From NCBI GenBank assembly GCA_036785375.1, contig JAWMAR010002443.1, forward strand, positions 1 to 64,000: a stretch of DNA of 64,000 nucleotides, given 5' to 3'. The stretch is from Leucoraja ocellata. Taxonomy: Eukaryota. Positions 22,361 through 33,678 of the stretch are shown piece after piece. The notes beneath the pieces were generated by a model, which saw only the letters and a list, made by a program, of their open reading frames with translations, ran no database searches and was not told the DNA's origin. Positions within the stretch are counted from its first letter, which is position 1. The number at the start of each line of letters is the position of its first letter. The position numbers and the translations under genes are program-made.

Positions 22361-25180
22361 ACATAGAAACATAGAAAATAGGTGTAGGATTAGGCCATTC
22401 GGCCCTTCTAGCCTGCACCGCCATTCAATATGATGGCTGAGCATCCAAATTAGTATCCTGTACCTGCCTTCCCTCCATACCCATATCCACAAGGACCACA
22501 TCTAACTCCCTCTTAAATATAGCCAATGAATTGGCCTCAACTACCTTCTGTGGCAGAGAACTACAGAGATTCACCACTCTGTGTGAAAAATGTTTTCCTC
22601 ATCTCGGTCCTAAAAGGTTTCCACCTTATTCTTAAACTGTGACCCCTTGTTCTGGACTTCCCCAAAATCAGAAACAATCTTCCTGCATCTAGTCTGTCCA
22701 ACCCCTTAAGAATGTTGTAAGTTTCTATAAGTTCCCCCCTCAATCTTCTAAATTCTATCCAGTACAAACCGAGTCTATCCAGTCTTTCTTCATATGAAAT
22801 TCCTGACATCCCAGGAATCAGTCTGGTGAACCTTCTCTGTACTCCCTCTATGGCAAGAATGTATTTCCTCAGATTAGGAGACCAAACCTGTACGCAATAC
22901 TCCATGTGTGGTCTCTCCAAGACCATGTACAACTCCAGTAGAATCTCACTGCTCCTATACTCAAATCCTTTTGCTATGAATGCTAACATACCATTCGCCT
23001 TCTTCGCTGCCTGTTGCACCTACATGCCTACTTTTAATGACTGGTGTACCGTGACACCCAAGTCTCGTTGCATCTCCCCTTTCTCTAACCGGCCACCATT
23101 CAGATAATAGTATATTTTCCTGTTTTTTCCACCAAAGTGGATAACCTCGCATTTATCCACATTATACTGCACCTGCCATGCATTTGCCAGCTCACCCAGC
23201 CTATCCAAGTCACCTTTCAGCCTCCTAGCATCCTCCTCACAGCTAACAATATATCGTAAATAGCTGGGGGTCCCAGCACTGGGCCTTGCGGTACCCCACT
23301 GGTCACTGCCTGCCATTGTGAAAAGGACCCGTTTACTCCTACTCTTTGCTTCCTGTCTGCCAGCCAGTTCTCTATCCACTTCAATACTGAACCCCCAATA
23401 TCGTATGCTTTAAGTTGGTATACTAATCTCTTTTGTGGGATCTTGTCGAAAGCCTTCTGAAAGTCCATATACAACACATCCACTGGTTCTCCCCTATCCA
23501 CTCTACTAGTTACATCCTCGAAAAATTCTATCAGATTTGTCAGACATGATTTACCTTTCATAAATCCATGTTGACTTTGTCCAATGATTTCACCACTTTC
23601 CAAATGTGCTGCTATCCCATCTTTAATAACTGATTCTAGCAGATTCCCCACTACCGACGTTAGACTAACTGGTCTGTAATTCCCCCCTTTTCTCTCTCCC
23701 TCCCTTTTTAAAAAGCGGGGTTACATTAGCTACCCTCCAATCCTCAGGAACTACTCCAGAATCTAAAGAGTTTTGAAAAATTATCACTAATGCATCCACT
23801 ATTTCTGGGGCTACTTCCTTAAGTACTCTGGGATGCAGCCTATCTGGCACTGGGAATTTATCGGCCTTTAATCCATTCAATTTACCCAACACCACTTCCC
23901 GGCTAACCTGGATTTCACTCAATTCCTCCAACTCCTTTGACCCGCGGTCCCCTGCTATTTTCGGCTGATTATTTATGTCTTCCTTACCTCCCAGTACTTT
24001 TCAACCGGTCCCTCCTTCTCCTCACCTGCCTGCTTGCCACTCCTCTCTCATCAGCCCAACTCTCCTCATCTGTTGCACTCAGTTACCAACTATTAACCCG
24101 GTAAATAGACTCTCCTCACCCTTCACACAGTGCCAGATTGTACTCAGCATTCATGCAAGACTCTCCAGCGATTTCCCAACTGCCTACACGGATTCGAACC
24201 TGCCTGCCCCTGACCATTCCGTCCTGTCGTCTTCACTGATAGCACCTCAGCCTTCTGTCCCCGACCACGGCCGTCGTCCCGTACCTCCTGGTTTCTGTCT
24301 GCGTCTCTCCTGGGCTGTTTGGTGTATCCCTGCGATGGCTCCTCGACTTCCTGCCTGGCTTCGACTCTCCTTTCGTCTGTCCCTCGCTCGTTTCTTTGCA
24401 TCGTGTGTTGGATCTCCTGGTTATCGGACCATCCGTTACCCCGACTACGTCTCCTGCCTGCCCCCTTCGGAACCCTCGCTCAATCCTCAGCCTCTGTGTG
24501 AGTACGGTGTACCCATTCCTGTGTTACTACTCTGTGTTACAGTATCGTAATAAAGATCATTACCAATTATACCTGCCTGACTCTGTGCTGCTATTAGGGC
24601 CAAGCCATACCCGTTACATCCATCTCATTTGACCCCCGGTCCCCTGCTAATTCCGGCAGATTATTTATGTCTTCCGTAGTGAAGCCAGAACCAAAGTAGT
24701 TATTCAATTGGTCTGCCATGTCCTTGTTCCCCATGACCAATACACCCGTTTCTGACTGCAAGGGACCTACATTTGTTTTAACTAATCTTTTTCTCTTCAC
24801 ATATCTATAAAAGCTTTGGCAGTCGGTTTTTATGTTCCCTGCCAGTTTCTTTCTTAATCTATTTCCCCTTTCCTAATTAAGACCTCTGTCCTCTTCTGCT
24901 GGTCTCTGAATTTCTCCCAGTCCTCTGGTAGGCTGCTTTTCTGGCTAATTTGTATGTTTCATCTTTTGTTTTGATACTATCCCTGATTTCCCTTGTTATC
25001 CGCGGATGCACTACCTTCCCTGATTTTTTTTTGCCAAACTGGGATGAACAATTGTTGTAGTTCATCCATGCAGTCGTTAAATGCCTTCCATTGCATATCC
25101 ACCGTCAACCCATTAAGAAACAATCGCCAGTCTATTTTGGTCAATTCACGCCTCATACCCTCAAAGTTACTTTTCTTTAT
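22361..25180 (-). mobile_element. CR1 LINE (decayed ORF2) inserted in the DIRS ICR
   Basis: ORFs 22561-23931 and 24594-25273 carry CR1 RT/tether motifs; catagaaa tail at 22362. Confidence 0.92.
23988..24618 (+). mobile_element. LTR-like segment (probable Gypsy solo-LTR remnant)
   Basis: C/T-rich non-CR1 insert with AATAAA (about 24549), ending ...cccgttaca; no 5' TG terminus or TSD visible. Confidence 0.5.
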
Positions 25181-25979
25181 GTAATTAGACGAGAACTTAC
25201 CAGTTTGAAGTTTGATCTTTATTTTATGAGGAGTTACGATGCGAGATTCCATGCCCTCATCTCCCACCCTCAACCATAGAGATCAACTGGTAACTTAGTT
25301 CTCCTTACCTTTACTAGGTTTATTTCAATTATTGTGTTGTTTATTTTATTCCACACCGCTGCTTTTAAAAAAACGCGCATGCGTGTTGCCGGGTTCTTCA
25401 CGTAATCCATCATCGTAACTCCTCATAAAATACAGATCAAACTTCAAACTGGTAAGCTCGTTTAATCTTACTATTAAATGTAGTGTGGGAAGATGATGAG
25501 GGGGAAGAATTCAGAGCGAGTGGGTTGTTAAAAGAACAGAGGGAAGAGTCAGAGAGATACAGAGAAACGGAGGGAGAGATGCAGTGCGAGTGAGAGGGGA
25601 GGGAGCGGTAAGGGAAGAAAGGTTGACTGAGGAATGTCGGCGTAGAGAGAGATAAAATAGTAAGATTAAACGAGAACTTGCCAGTTTGAAGTTTGATCTG
25701 TATTTTATGAGGAGTTACGATGAGGGATTACGTGAAGAAGCCCGCTCAGGGCGCAGGCGCGACATGCTTCCAAGCAGCGGTGTGGAATCACAGACAGACA
25801 CAAATATTTGAAGTAACATAGTAAAGAAAAAAGAGACATCAATTTATCAGTTTGATCCATATAATGAGGGTGGGAGCGGAGGGCACGTAATCCCTCATCG
25901 TAACTCCTCATAAAATACAGATCAAACTTCAAACTGGTAAGTTCTCGTTTAATCTTACTATTTTACTTCGGAGTCACGT

Positions 25980-26199
25980 CAATAGTCAATAGTCAATAGT
26001 CTATTTAATTGTCATTTGGACCCCTGGAGGTCCAAATGAAATGCCGTTTCTGCAGCCATACATTACACACAAATAGACCCCAGACACAACATAATTAAAT
26101 TTTACATAAACATCCATCACATAGCTGTGATGGAAGGCCAAATAAACTTATCTCTCCACTGCAGTCTCTCTCCCCCCCCCCCCCCCCCCCCCCCCGATG
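25980..26199 (-). mobile_element. Short non-LTR/SINE-like insertion in the DIRS ICR
   Basis: Splits gagtcacgt|gagtgac; (caatagt)n tail; related to 7493-7902 and 38924-39332. Confidence 0.7.
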
Positions 26200-26381
26200 T
26201 GAGTGACTTCGTGAAGATTTCAAAGCTCTGTGATTTCAAACCGTGTAACAGTTTTACTCACTCACTGCCGAAAGCTCTTGAGGAAGGAAGTGTTATTGTA
26301 ATCAACCAATGAATCTGTTTTCAACACAAAACGGTATTTATTAACAATAACAAAAACAAAATAGCACCCCCGGGCTTTAAA

Positions 26382-27395
26382 TTAAATATTTGCAGCTTCT
26401 AATATTCTCGCTGCAAACAAATCAGGCTTCACCAAAGGCTTATCATAGAACGTTCGGAATGTGGATTCCCTCGACCATCCTGCTTTGTTCAGGATGAGGT
26501 CAATAGGCACATCCATCCTTGCTGCCGTTGATGTGGATGCTGCCCTGGTGGAATGAGATTTGTAAACATTAATATCTATCCCAGCAGCTTCCAATACCTG
26601 TTTTAACCATCTTGAAATGGTCTGGCTTGTTACCCGGCCATGTGATTTTTTGTGGCTGACCCATAAGGCTCTTTCACTTCCTCGGATGTTATGGGTTGTG
26701 TCAATGTACTGTTTGAGTTGGGTCACCACACACAATCGTGGCTCTGGTGGGTAGGCCCGGAATACCACTAGCGCGTTGGATATTCCTGGCCTGCTTTGTT
26801 TTATCAGACCTAGTAGAGTGAAAGTTACCTGGTCTGGCGTTGTTTCCATGCTGTCCAGTCTAAGCTTGTGTAATGACTGGACCCTCTGTGCAGATACTAG
26901 TGCCATTAGCATGAGCGTTTTTAATGTCAATTGCTCAAGGCTGAGGGATCTTGCTGGTGGTCTGTCCCGGAGGTATGTCAGAACGACACTGATGTCCCAA
27001 ATTTGAGTATATCTGGGCTTGGGGGGGGGCTTGATGTTATATATGCCCCTCATCAGTTTAACCACCAGCGGATGGGACCCCATAGGCTGATGTCCTGCAG
27101 GTTTGACGTAATTGGAGAGGGCACTACGTGCCGTGTTGATGGCACTGTAGCTCATATCCTCATAGTGATGTAGGTAGGCCAGGAACTCGAGAACATTGGC
27201 TACTGTGGCTGTTTCGTAAGACGTCCCTGTTTCTTGGCAGTACTTCTCCCATTTTTTGATGTTGGTTAGGTACTGCCTCTTTGTAGATGTTCTCAGGGAT
27301 GCTGACATGGTGGTGATGGTTTGTTGCGATAATCCCAGGTCCAGATAGGGTCGGTTTAGAATCTGCAACCCAGGAGTTTCATGTCTTGATGGCAT
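26382..27395 (-). CDS. DIRS tyrosine recombinase (open ORF, 337 aa)
   Basis: SAINTARSALS N-domain; catalytic-type motifs SAQRVQ (R), IKQSR (K), HSTR, AGWS and FRTFY (Y). Confidence 0.95.
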   Translation of the reverse strand: MPSRHETPGLQILNRPYLDLGLSQQTITTMSASLRTSTKRQYLTNIKKWEKYCQETGTSYETATVANVLEFLAYLHHYEDMSYSAINTARSALSNYVKPAGHQPMGSHPLVVKLMRGIYNIKPPPKPRYTQIWDISVVLTYLRDRPPARSLSLEQLTLKTLMLMALVSAQRVQSLHKLRLDSMETTPDQVTFTLLGLIKQSRPGISNALVVFRAYPPEPRLCVVTQLKQYIDTTHNIRGSERALWVSHKKSHGRVTSQTISRWLKQVLEAAGIDINVYKSHSTRAASTSTAARMDVPIDLILNKAGWSRESTFRTFYDKPLVKPDLFAARILEAANI

Positions 27396-29287
27396 GGATG
27401 GCTTATGCCTGACACTGGGTGAGTCAATAACCCTGGATGACTGGGAAACACCATTGGTGATTCCACCACCATGTCATGAAGTACTGGGAACCATGGCTGT
27501 GTAGGCCAGTCGGGCACTACCAAAATTTCAGAGGCTGAGTCCATCTGGATTTTGCGTAGTACCCGACTGATGAGGCAGAAGGGAGGAAAGGCATAGAAAA
27601 AGAACTTTCCCCAATCCAGCGTGAAGGCATCTACCGCCGCTGCCTCTGGATCTGGTTCCCAAGCGACATACGTAGTTAATTGGTGATTTAGTCTTGATGC
27701 AAATAAATCGATATCTGGCTTTTCATATTGCTTTACAATTTTAGCAAATGCTGTAGGATTTAACATCCATTCGATGTTGTCATTGAATTTGCGTGACCTG
27801 GTGTCCGCCAGTGTGTTTAGCTTACCTGGTAGATAGGTAGCTGAAAGCCAAATATGTGTTTCGACACACCATTGCCAAATCGTATTGACCAATTTGTCGC
27901 ATGATAAAGATTTTATGCCGCCCATATGGTTAATGTAAGCCACCACCGTAGTATTGTTTATTTGTAATCGAACATGCAAGTGCTGCATATTGGATACATA
28001 TGCTTTTAAACCATAAAAGGCGCCCAACATTTCCAAATAATTAATGCCCAGTGTAGATAGTAATGATGATTCTAAGTTAGTCCATCTACCACCTGTGCTG
28101 GATATGGAGTTAGTTGCTCCCCAGCCTTGAGCACTGGCATCTGTTTGGAGAACTAAAGTAGCATTAGAAATAATAATAGGACCACAACTATGCCAAATAT
28201 TTTGTATCCACCACTGTAGCTCTGATATTGCTTCAGAGGGTAACATCATGACCCGGTCATATTGACCTTTATGTTGTTTTAGTGCCTGCACCTTTGCTCT
28301 TTGTAAATTTTGATAATGCAAAGGTCCAAATTGGATAGCCGGAAATGCTGCTACCATTTTCCCAATTACTGCTGCTACTTGTCGAATAGTTGGTCTTTTG
28401 TTAATTTTTAAGTTATTGCATGATTGTACTAATGCAATCATCTTTTCCCTTGGCAGGGTAATAGTCATTTGGCCTGAGTTAATTGTGAAGCCCAGGTAGT
28501 CCATAATAGGGGATGGATTTAACTTGGATTTATCTGGATGTAAGACGAACCCTAGCGTTTCTAGGAGCTGTTTTGTAGCTGATACTGCTGCTACAGCCAA
28601 TTCCATAGTTTTCCCAACTATGAGGATGTCGTCCAAATATGCCATGACTATATGATTTTGTTTCCTTAATGTTGCCATGGCTGGTTTTAATATTTTTGTG
28701 AATAATCTTGGGGCTGACGTGAGCCCATTAGGCAGTGCTTTATACTGCCACAGCTGCCCCATCCAGATAAATTTAAGGTATCTGCTATAATCCTTATGTA
28801 TGGGTACCAGATAGTAAGCATCTTTGAGATCAATGCTTGCCATATAGTATCCTTTGCAAATCAGTTGTCTAGCAGTCACAAATGTTTCCATTTTGAAATG
28901 TATATACTTAACAAAATTATTTAGGGATGTTAAGTCAATGATGATGCGACATCCACCATCTTTTTTAGTTTTTGTAAATATGTTGGAAACAAATTCCAAG
29001 GGCTCATGTTTGGTCTTTTCTATGACCCATTTATTTATAAGTCTCACCAGTTCAGCTTGTCCCTCCAGTTGTTCTTTTTTGGAGGGAAAAAATACCCTTT
29101 CGGGCCAGTGTTGCACTGGCGGTGTTTTTGAAATAAATTCAATTTTATATCCTCCAATGCTATTGAGTATATATTTATCATTAGTGATCATTCCCCATGC
29201 TTTTTTAAACAAGTGTAACCTTCCCCCTGTTAGTAAGGCAACCTTATTCTCTATATGCTGGTAGGAACCAGATCCACCTACCTCCAT
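27356..29287 (-). CDS. DIRS RT-RNaseH-DNA adenine methyltransferase polyprotein (open ORF, 643 aa)
   Basis: IDLKDAY, LPNGLTSAPRLF, YLDD; RH QTDAS, NYLE, INNTT, ADTRSR; MT DLFASRLN, YAFPPF. Confidence 0.95.
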   Translation of the reverse strand: MEVGGSGSYQHIENKVALLTGGRLHLFKKAWGMITNDKYILNSIGGYKIEFISKTPPVQHWPERVFFPSKKEQLEGQAELVRLINKWVIEKTKHEPLEFVSNIFTKTKKDGGCRIIIDLTSLNNFVKYIHFKMETFVTARQLICKGYYMASIDLKDAYYLVPIHKDYSRYLKFIWMGQLWQYKALPNGLTSAPRLFTKILKPAMATLRKQNHIVMAYLDDILIVGKTMELAVAAVSATKQLLETLGFVLHPDKSKLNPSPIMDYLGFTINSGQMTITLPREKMIALVQSCNNLKINKRPTIRQVAAVIGKMVAAFPAIQFGPLHYQNLQRAKVQALKQHKGQYDRVMMLPSEAISELQWWIQNIWHSCGPIIISNATLVLQTDASAQGWGATNSISSTGGRWTNLESSLLSTLGINYLEMLGAFYGLKAYVSNMQHLHVRLQINNTTVVAYINHMGGIKSLSCDKLVNTIWQWCVETHIWLSATYLPGKLNTLADTRSRKFNDNIEWMLNPTAFAKIVKQYEKPDIDLFASRLNHQLTTYVAWEPDPEAAAVDAFTLDWGKFFFYAFPPFCLISRVLRKIQMDSASEILVVPDWPTQPWFPVLHDMVVESPMVFPSHPGLLTHPVSGISHPCHQDMKLLGCRF

Positions 29288-29289
29288 GG

Positions 29290-30500
29290 TTAATGACGAC
29301 TTTGTGATTTATTTCTTCTTAAAGGTTTGTTCTGTCGACGTGCTGACGATGTTGGGGGGAGGTGCATTTTCCAGGGGGTCCGCGGCGGGCCCTGACCTAA
29401 AAAAGGTATTTGGGGATATTGCGGCCCCAAGCTTTCACCAGTCCCATGTTCCAGACGTCGACTGGTGGATGCCGTGGTGTGCTGCCGCTTGGGTATCAAA
29501 ATTGTTCGTGGTTTGCTCGTCGCGGGGCCTGCCCTCATGAGGCCGAAGGTTTTGGATGCCTCTTCCATATCCTTCAGCTGCTTGTTTAGGTCGTTCCCAA
29601 ACAGTAACGCATCTGCCTCCGTAGCTGGAGCTTTGCACAAGCCAGCAAATTTTGGGTTGAGGGCAGGTCTTAAGTTTTCCCTCCGGAGGTTGTTTAACTC
29701 CAATTGGGTTGTACACATTAATGCCAGCACATCCTGCTGGTGTGTACTCATCTCCGTAGTCTCCACGCAACGAGCAAAAGCTGTGATGGCCGACGTCAGG
29801 AGCCGAAGGATCCCCAGATTTGACTGTTGAGGCTTTTGACCTTAAGGGCCTCACAGTTCTCTGGCGCTGTGTGTTCTTCTAGTACTTGGGCGAGCACCTT
29901 CTCCTGTAGAGGCTTATTAGACAGGTGGTTTATGATAGCCGCCATCCTCGGCTCCAGAGGTGCTCCAGCCCGTGGGGTAGCTACAAAGCGGTCCACCACA
30001 CCCAGCAGCTGTTTCTCTTCCTGCACACCCTGCATACTCCCGATTCCTTCCGCCTTCCCCTTTTTCAGACCAGCCCTGCCCTGGTCACCAATGCTAGCCT
30101 CCAGTTCTTGATCTGAGGTAGCAAAGGGAAGTGCTGGACTCGACACTATGGAGGAGGCGCCTGTCCTGTCTGCCCGGGAGCGCTGCTGTTCCCGGTAGAC
30201 CATCTCGTCTAGGAGCTGCTGAATGCAGCTCAGGCGGTTGTCTCTCCTCCGTTTTGGGGAGGACATTTCCCCCTCCGACGAGTCGGAGTCGACCGGCCGA
30301 TTTGTTTTTCGGGTTGCTTTCCCAGCCCGCCGTGCAGGCTCTGGCGTGACTGGGTCAGGCTCGGCCTCAGGGATTGCAAACCGCTCAACGAGCGGTGCTG
30401 CCGCCGGTTGCTGCCCCGCTGGAATTGGTTGCTCCTCTGGTGGAGTTAGAGCGGGGGCAGTTCTTTGTGAGAGCGTCCTGTGTTGAGACATTTTTTGCAC
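29290..30500 (-). pseudogene. DIRS gag-like ORF1, frameshifted near 29810
   Basis: ORFs 29796-30500 and 29290-29766 align by eye to the copy 1 gag, with a frameshifting deletion after NSQIWG. Confidence 0.8.
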
Positions 30501-31562
30501 TGCAAAACACTAACGCCAACTCTCCTCCGGTTAGTCCCAACGCACCGTCCACTTACCTACGTCCGTTTTAAAGTGCAGCTGGAGAGCCTGACTCCAGCTG
30601 CCGCCGCTGTTGCACTGCTGGGCGTAATGCCGCGCCTGCGCCCTGAGCGGGCTTCTTCACGAAGTCACTCACGTGACTCCGAAGTAAAATACAGAGAGTA
30701 GTGGAGGGAGTGACAGTTCAGAGAGAGGACCGCAGTAATAATACATTTTATTTATGGGCGCCTTTCAATAGTGTCAAGGAATAGGGAGAGGTGCTGCATC
30801 ACTCGCCGTTTTATTTAGGTTTACAACAAATCTGAGGCGGCAATGTTTCTGTTCTCTGGATGTCGTGAGTCTCTGGGTTGTTCCTCCACAAAAGATGGTG
30901 AAGGCAGATGATTTTATTGTCGCAGAACAGTCAGATCCACTCCTGGCAATCAGGGGGTGAATGTTTACCGGGGTCGTCGGTAGTGTGGTGTTAAGGTTAC
31001 AGTCAGTAAACCGCGATCATATTGAGTGGTGAATCCGTGTGAATGAGGGGGTGGGGGCATTTTGGACCGAGGTGATGTGTTGAACTAATTCCTCAACCTG
31101 TGGACAAAGGTCGCCCAATCCAGCCCACCTTCAAACTGGGCTCCAGAAGCCCCGAGAGGGTAACTGGAATCTGACATTGCCTTGCTGAGTGAAACGGATT
31201 GAAGGAAATCAGACAAACAGCACGAGGTGGAGAGTTGGATCTGATGGAGTTTGAAACAATATCCCCTTAACTGGAACAATGCCGCCCGCTCCCAATTTCC
31301 ATCCCTCAGTCTCTATCGCCACAATTCACAGTCTTTGGAGTTTCTCAATCAATTCACTGAATAAATCACCACATGTATGTCTCAGCAGGGATTTCACTCG
31401 GCTGATGTCATCTGTGTGTGAATCATTTCAAAATCTCTATTTTTAAACTCTGTTGATACTTCACTGTCCCGGTAGAGACGGAAAATTGTATAAAATATCC
31501 AGGAATGTTCTGCCGCAACATTTGATTCCGAGACATTACCGGTAGCTCGCTCGGCAGAGATA

Positions 31563-31638
31563 ATGGGGGAATTGTGGCACAGATATGCCACTGTGCAGAA
31601 AATGCTGTACGTGTTCATTGCTGCCGTAGGTGTCCCTG
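31563..31638 (+). CDS. GPR139/142-like GPCR exon 1
   Basis: ATG...MGELWHRYATVQKMLYVFIAAVGVP-G|gtaagt; the phase-1 donor joins in frame to the acceptor at 33678 to give TM1 GVPVNLVAI. Confidence 0.85.
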
Positions 31639-32699
31639 GTAAGTGAGCAGAACAATTTAAGTGTTATAATTACATCCGTGTGTTAACTGGTGTTGACCTG
31701 ATTCTCATCATGTTACAAGTTCCCAACTGATGAACGTTGAACAAGAATATGTGAAGAATATCAATCCTCTCTGTGAAATATTTGTGAATTAACGCTGCTG
31801 TGATTTTTCTTATTTTCAGATACTGATAGTAACCCTCTTTTTCTCCCACTGCTGCCGGCCGGGAGCCACTAGAATGTTGTTCTTGCCTTCATTGGCAACT
31901 TGCCCAGAGTTGTCCCAGTGCTCGGGACAGGCAGGCAGGCAGATCTCCGGGCCGGTGTGACAGGGAGAGAGGGGTTCACATTGTGAAGTTCACTGTGTCT
32001 GAGTTATTGGTCAGAGTGAACACCCACTCGCTCCTGCGGACACTGCGTCTCACTCACTGTGGAGTCTGTCTGTCTGTCACAGTCGGATTCTACCCACAGC
32101 CTGTTGGTCAACAACTGAATCCATCTCCTGGACCAGTGGCCNNNNNNNNNNNNNNNNNNNNNNNNNNNNNNNNNNNNNNNNNNNNNNNNNNNNNNNNNNN
32201 NNNNNNNNNNNNNNNNNNNNNNNNNNNNNNNNNNNNNNNNNNNNNNNNNNNNNNNNNNNNNNNNNNNNNNNNNNNNNNNNNNNNNNNNNNNNNNNNNNNN
32301 NNNNNNNNNNNNNNNNNNNNNNNNNNNNNNNNNNNNNNNNNNNNNNNNNNNNNNNNNNNNNNNNNNNNNNNNNNNNNNNNNNNNNNNNNNNNNNNNNNNN
32401 NNNNNNNNNNNNNNNNNNNNNNNNNNNNNNNNNNNNNNNNNNNNNNNNNNNNNNNNNNNNNNNNNNNNNNNNNNNNNNNNNNNNNNNNNNNNNNNNNNNN
32501 NNNNNNNNNNNCTCAATGTGGGATGAATCCATTAACGGAGCCACTCTGATGCCGAATTCTAAGTTGTCCCTGCCTTCTGTTCTTGGAGTTCTGGAACTCT
32601 CCTCGTCCCCATCAGATGCCGAGTTCCCAGAGCCCTGGTTAAACGTAGCCGGCCGCTCACGGTTAAGTCTGTGAAGGCGGCCCCATCAGAGACTATGAG

Positions 32700-33406
32700 C
32701 AGCAGCTGCAGGTACAGCAGATAATGAAGAAAGCGAATGGCATGTTGGCCTTTATAACAAGAGGAGTCGAATATAGGAGCAATAGGTCATTTTGCAGGTG
32801 TACAGAGCCCTAGTGAGACCACAACTAGAGTATTGTGTGAGGTTTTGTTTCCCAAATTTGAGGAAGGACATTCTTGCTATTGCGGAAGTGCAGCGTAGGT
32901 TTACAAGGTTAATTGCCGGGATGGAGAGACTGTCATATGCTGCGGGAATGGAGCAGCAGGGTTTGTACAATCTAGAGCTTAGAAGGACGAGAGGGTTTCT
33001 TATAAAAACATATAAGATTGTTAAGGGTTTGGACACGCTAGAGGCAGGAAACATGTTCCCGATGTTGGGAGAGTCCAGTTCCAGTGGGCACAGTTTAAGA
33101 ATAAGGAGTAAGCCACTTAGAATGGACACGAGGAAACACTTTTTCTCAGAGAGAGTGGTTGGTCTATGGAATTCTCTGCCTCGGAGATGGAGCCAGTTTC
33201 TCCGGATGCTTTCAAGGGAGTCCTAGATGGTGCTGTTAAAAATAGCGGTGTCAGGGGATATGGGAATAAGGCAGGTACGGGGTACTGATTGTGGATGATC
33301 AGCCATGATCACATTGAATGGCGGTGCTGGCTCGAAGGGCCAAATGGCTTACTCCTGCACTTATTGTCTATTGTCTATTGTCTATTGTCTATTGTCTATT
33401 GTCTAT
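32700..33406 (+). mobile_element. CR1 3' fragment in the GPCR intron, (TTGTCTA)n tail
   Basis: YRALVRPQLEYC, VQRRFTRLI and WNSLP motifs; heptamer tail 33363-33406. Confidence 0.92.
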
Positions 33407-33678
33407 AAGTATAGAAAGGACCATTGCGCCTATTGTAGCGGGTGGGTAGCTGTTCGTTCCCTCCCCTCCCTTTACCCCGTCCGCCCGTCGCCTTATATAT
33501 TCTCCCCTGAAGCAGGCAAGCACGTCTGGCACAGTCGGAGCCGGCTCTGACATTGTTAACCTTGCAGCAGCGACTCCAACATTCCTGATCTTGAGCTGAA
33601 AGTCGAGCCGGTGTTCAGCCCCGGAGACCCCTCGTGTTGAGTAAATGCCCAGTGCCCGTTCCCTTGTCTTTCCCGCAG

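Larger units (their letters stand above)
17615..25475 (+). mobile_element. DIRS retrotransposon copy 2 (5' truncated, split by insertions)
   Basis: RT to 18216 (IDLKNAY, YLDE), RH/MT 20210-21182, YR 21191-22100 (SAQRVQSL, HSNR, AGWS). The ICR starts at about 22320, is cut by CR1 at 22361, and resumes at about 25184 with the right terminus ending aatcttactatt at 25475. Confidence 0.9.
25653..30691 (-). mobile_element. Structurally complete DIRS1-like retrotransposon (copy 3)
   Basis: ITRs 25731-25761 and 30630-30661; ICR at about 25885-26216 complementary to both ends; gag, RT-RH-MT and YR ORFs; taaaata at both junctions. Confidence 0.97.

Noticed and set aside
26382-29287. Integrase + RT + methyltransferase as a prophage, retron or defence system
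   Set aside because: Fully explained by the known DIRS1 architecture (gag, ITRs, ICR).
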